From positions 36,332,001 through 36,396,000 of the forward strand of contig NC_086373.1 of assembly GCF_036588685.1 (NCBI RefSeq): 64,000 bases of DNA. The letters are read 5' to 3'. Made by a program: the position numbers and the translations under genes. The stretch is from Mytilus trossulus. Its lineage: Eukaryota. Of this stretch, positions 63,567-64,000 are shown piece after piece. The first letter of the stretch is position 1. Each line of letters opens with the position of its first letter. The notes under the pieces are model-generated. The model did no database searches, was not told the origin of the DNA, and worked only from the letters and a program-made list of their open reading frames with translations.

Positions 63567-64000
63567 GGTAAAACCTGAAAAATATATTGATGTCACATAA
63601 CTGATCTTACTGAAGTTCTCATAATCAGATTTCTAAAACAAAAAGTACACTGTACGAATAGTTCTGTACCAAATGCATTACTTAAATAAAAATAAAAAGA
63701 GCGAAGACAGTCTCGTCCTTATTCTGTCATGCGCTCTCTTCTGACTCTCATCGGAATTAACGTTGATGTAAATGTGTCCTAATTTTAATTCAGACGTTTG
63801 CAGATTTAAACTTTTAGATATTATACAGTTCAAATAAAATCTAGCTTTAGTATTTTCAATTCGCATGCAGCAACTTTTGGAAAAAAATTAGAATAATTTC
63901 AAATTCGCACTTTTCATTTATATTTTAAAATAATTAAAATAATCGGCCACGATAAACATTGAAATATAAATGATAGTTGTATTCTGCTTTATTGGAAGTT

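Overview
AT-rich, intron-containing animal DNA. The repeat families and the tyrosinase type point to a bivalve, most likely a Mytilus mussel (inferred, not searched). The window holds a tandem cluster of four minus-strand, secreted tyrosinase-like (type-3 copper) genes, each with three coding exons. I label them TyrA join(15192-14794, 6856-6759, 5897-4340), TyrB join(44352-43951, 41317-41220, 40074-38520), TyrC join(54822-54424, 53707-53610, 52763-51212) and TyrD join(63566-63168, 62459-62362, 61631-60068); the products are 682-686 aa. The 98-nt middle exon carries the whole CuA site and is missed by the ORF track. All four precursors share one layout: signal peptide, Cys-rich prodomain, furin site, catalytic core, second furin site, highly conserved Cys-rich C-terminal domain. 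TyrD has lost two of the three CuA histidines and one Cys at each end of the precursor, which suggests a pseudo-enzyme and a prodomain-to-C-terminus disulfide clamp in the other three. Two relic copies of exon 1 are also present, one fused to a LINE. The non-coding DNA is rich in minimal type-I hammerhead ribozyme repeats (retrozymes) of at least three families, including an intact 349-bp tandem just downstream of TyrA. It also holds Penelope-like and L1/Tx1 remnants, MITEs, SINE-like heads, an orphan PHD-finger exon and a very young, hairpin-rich 475-bp direct repeat.
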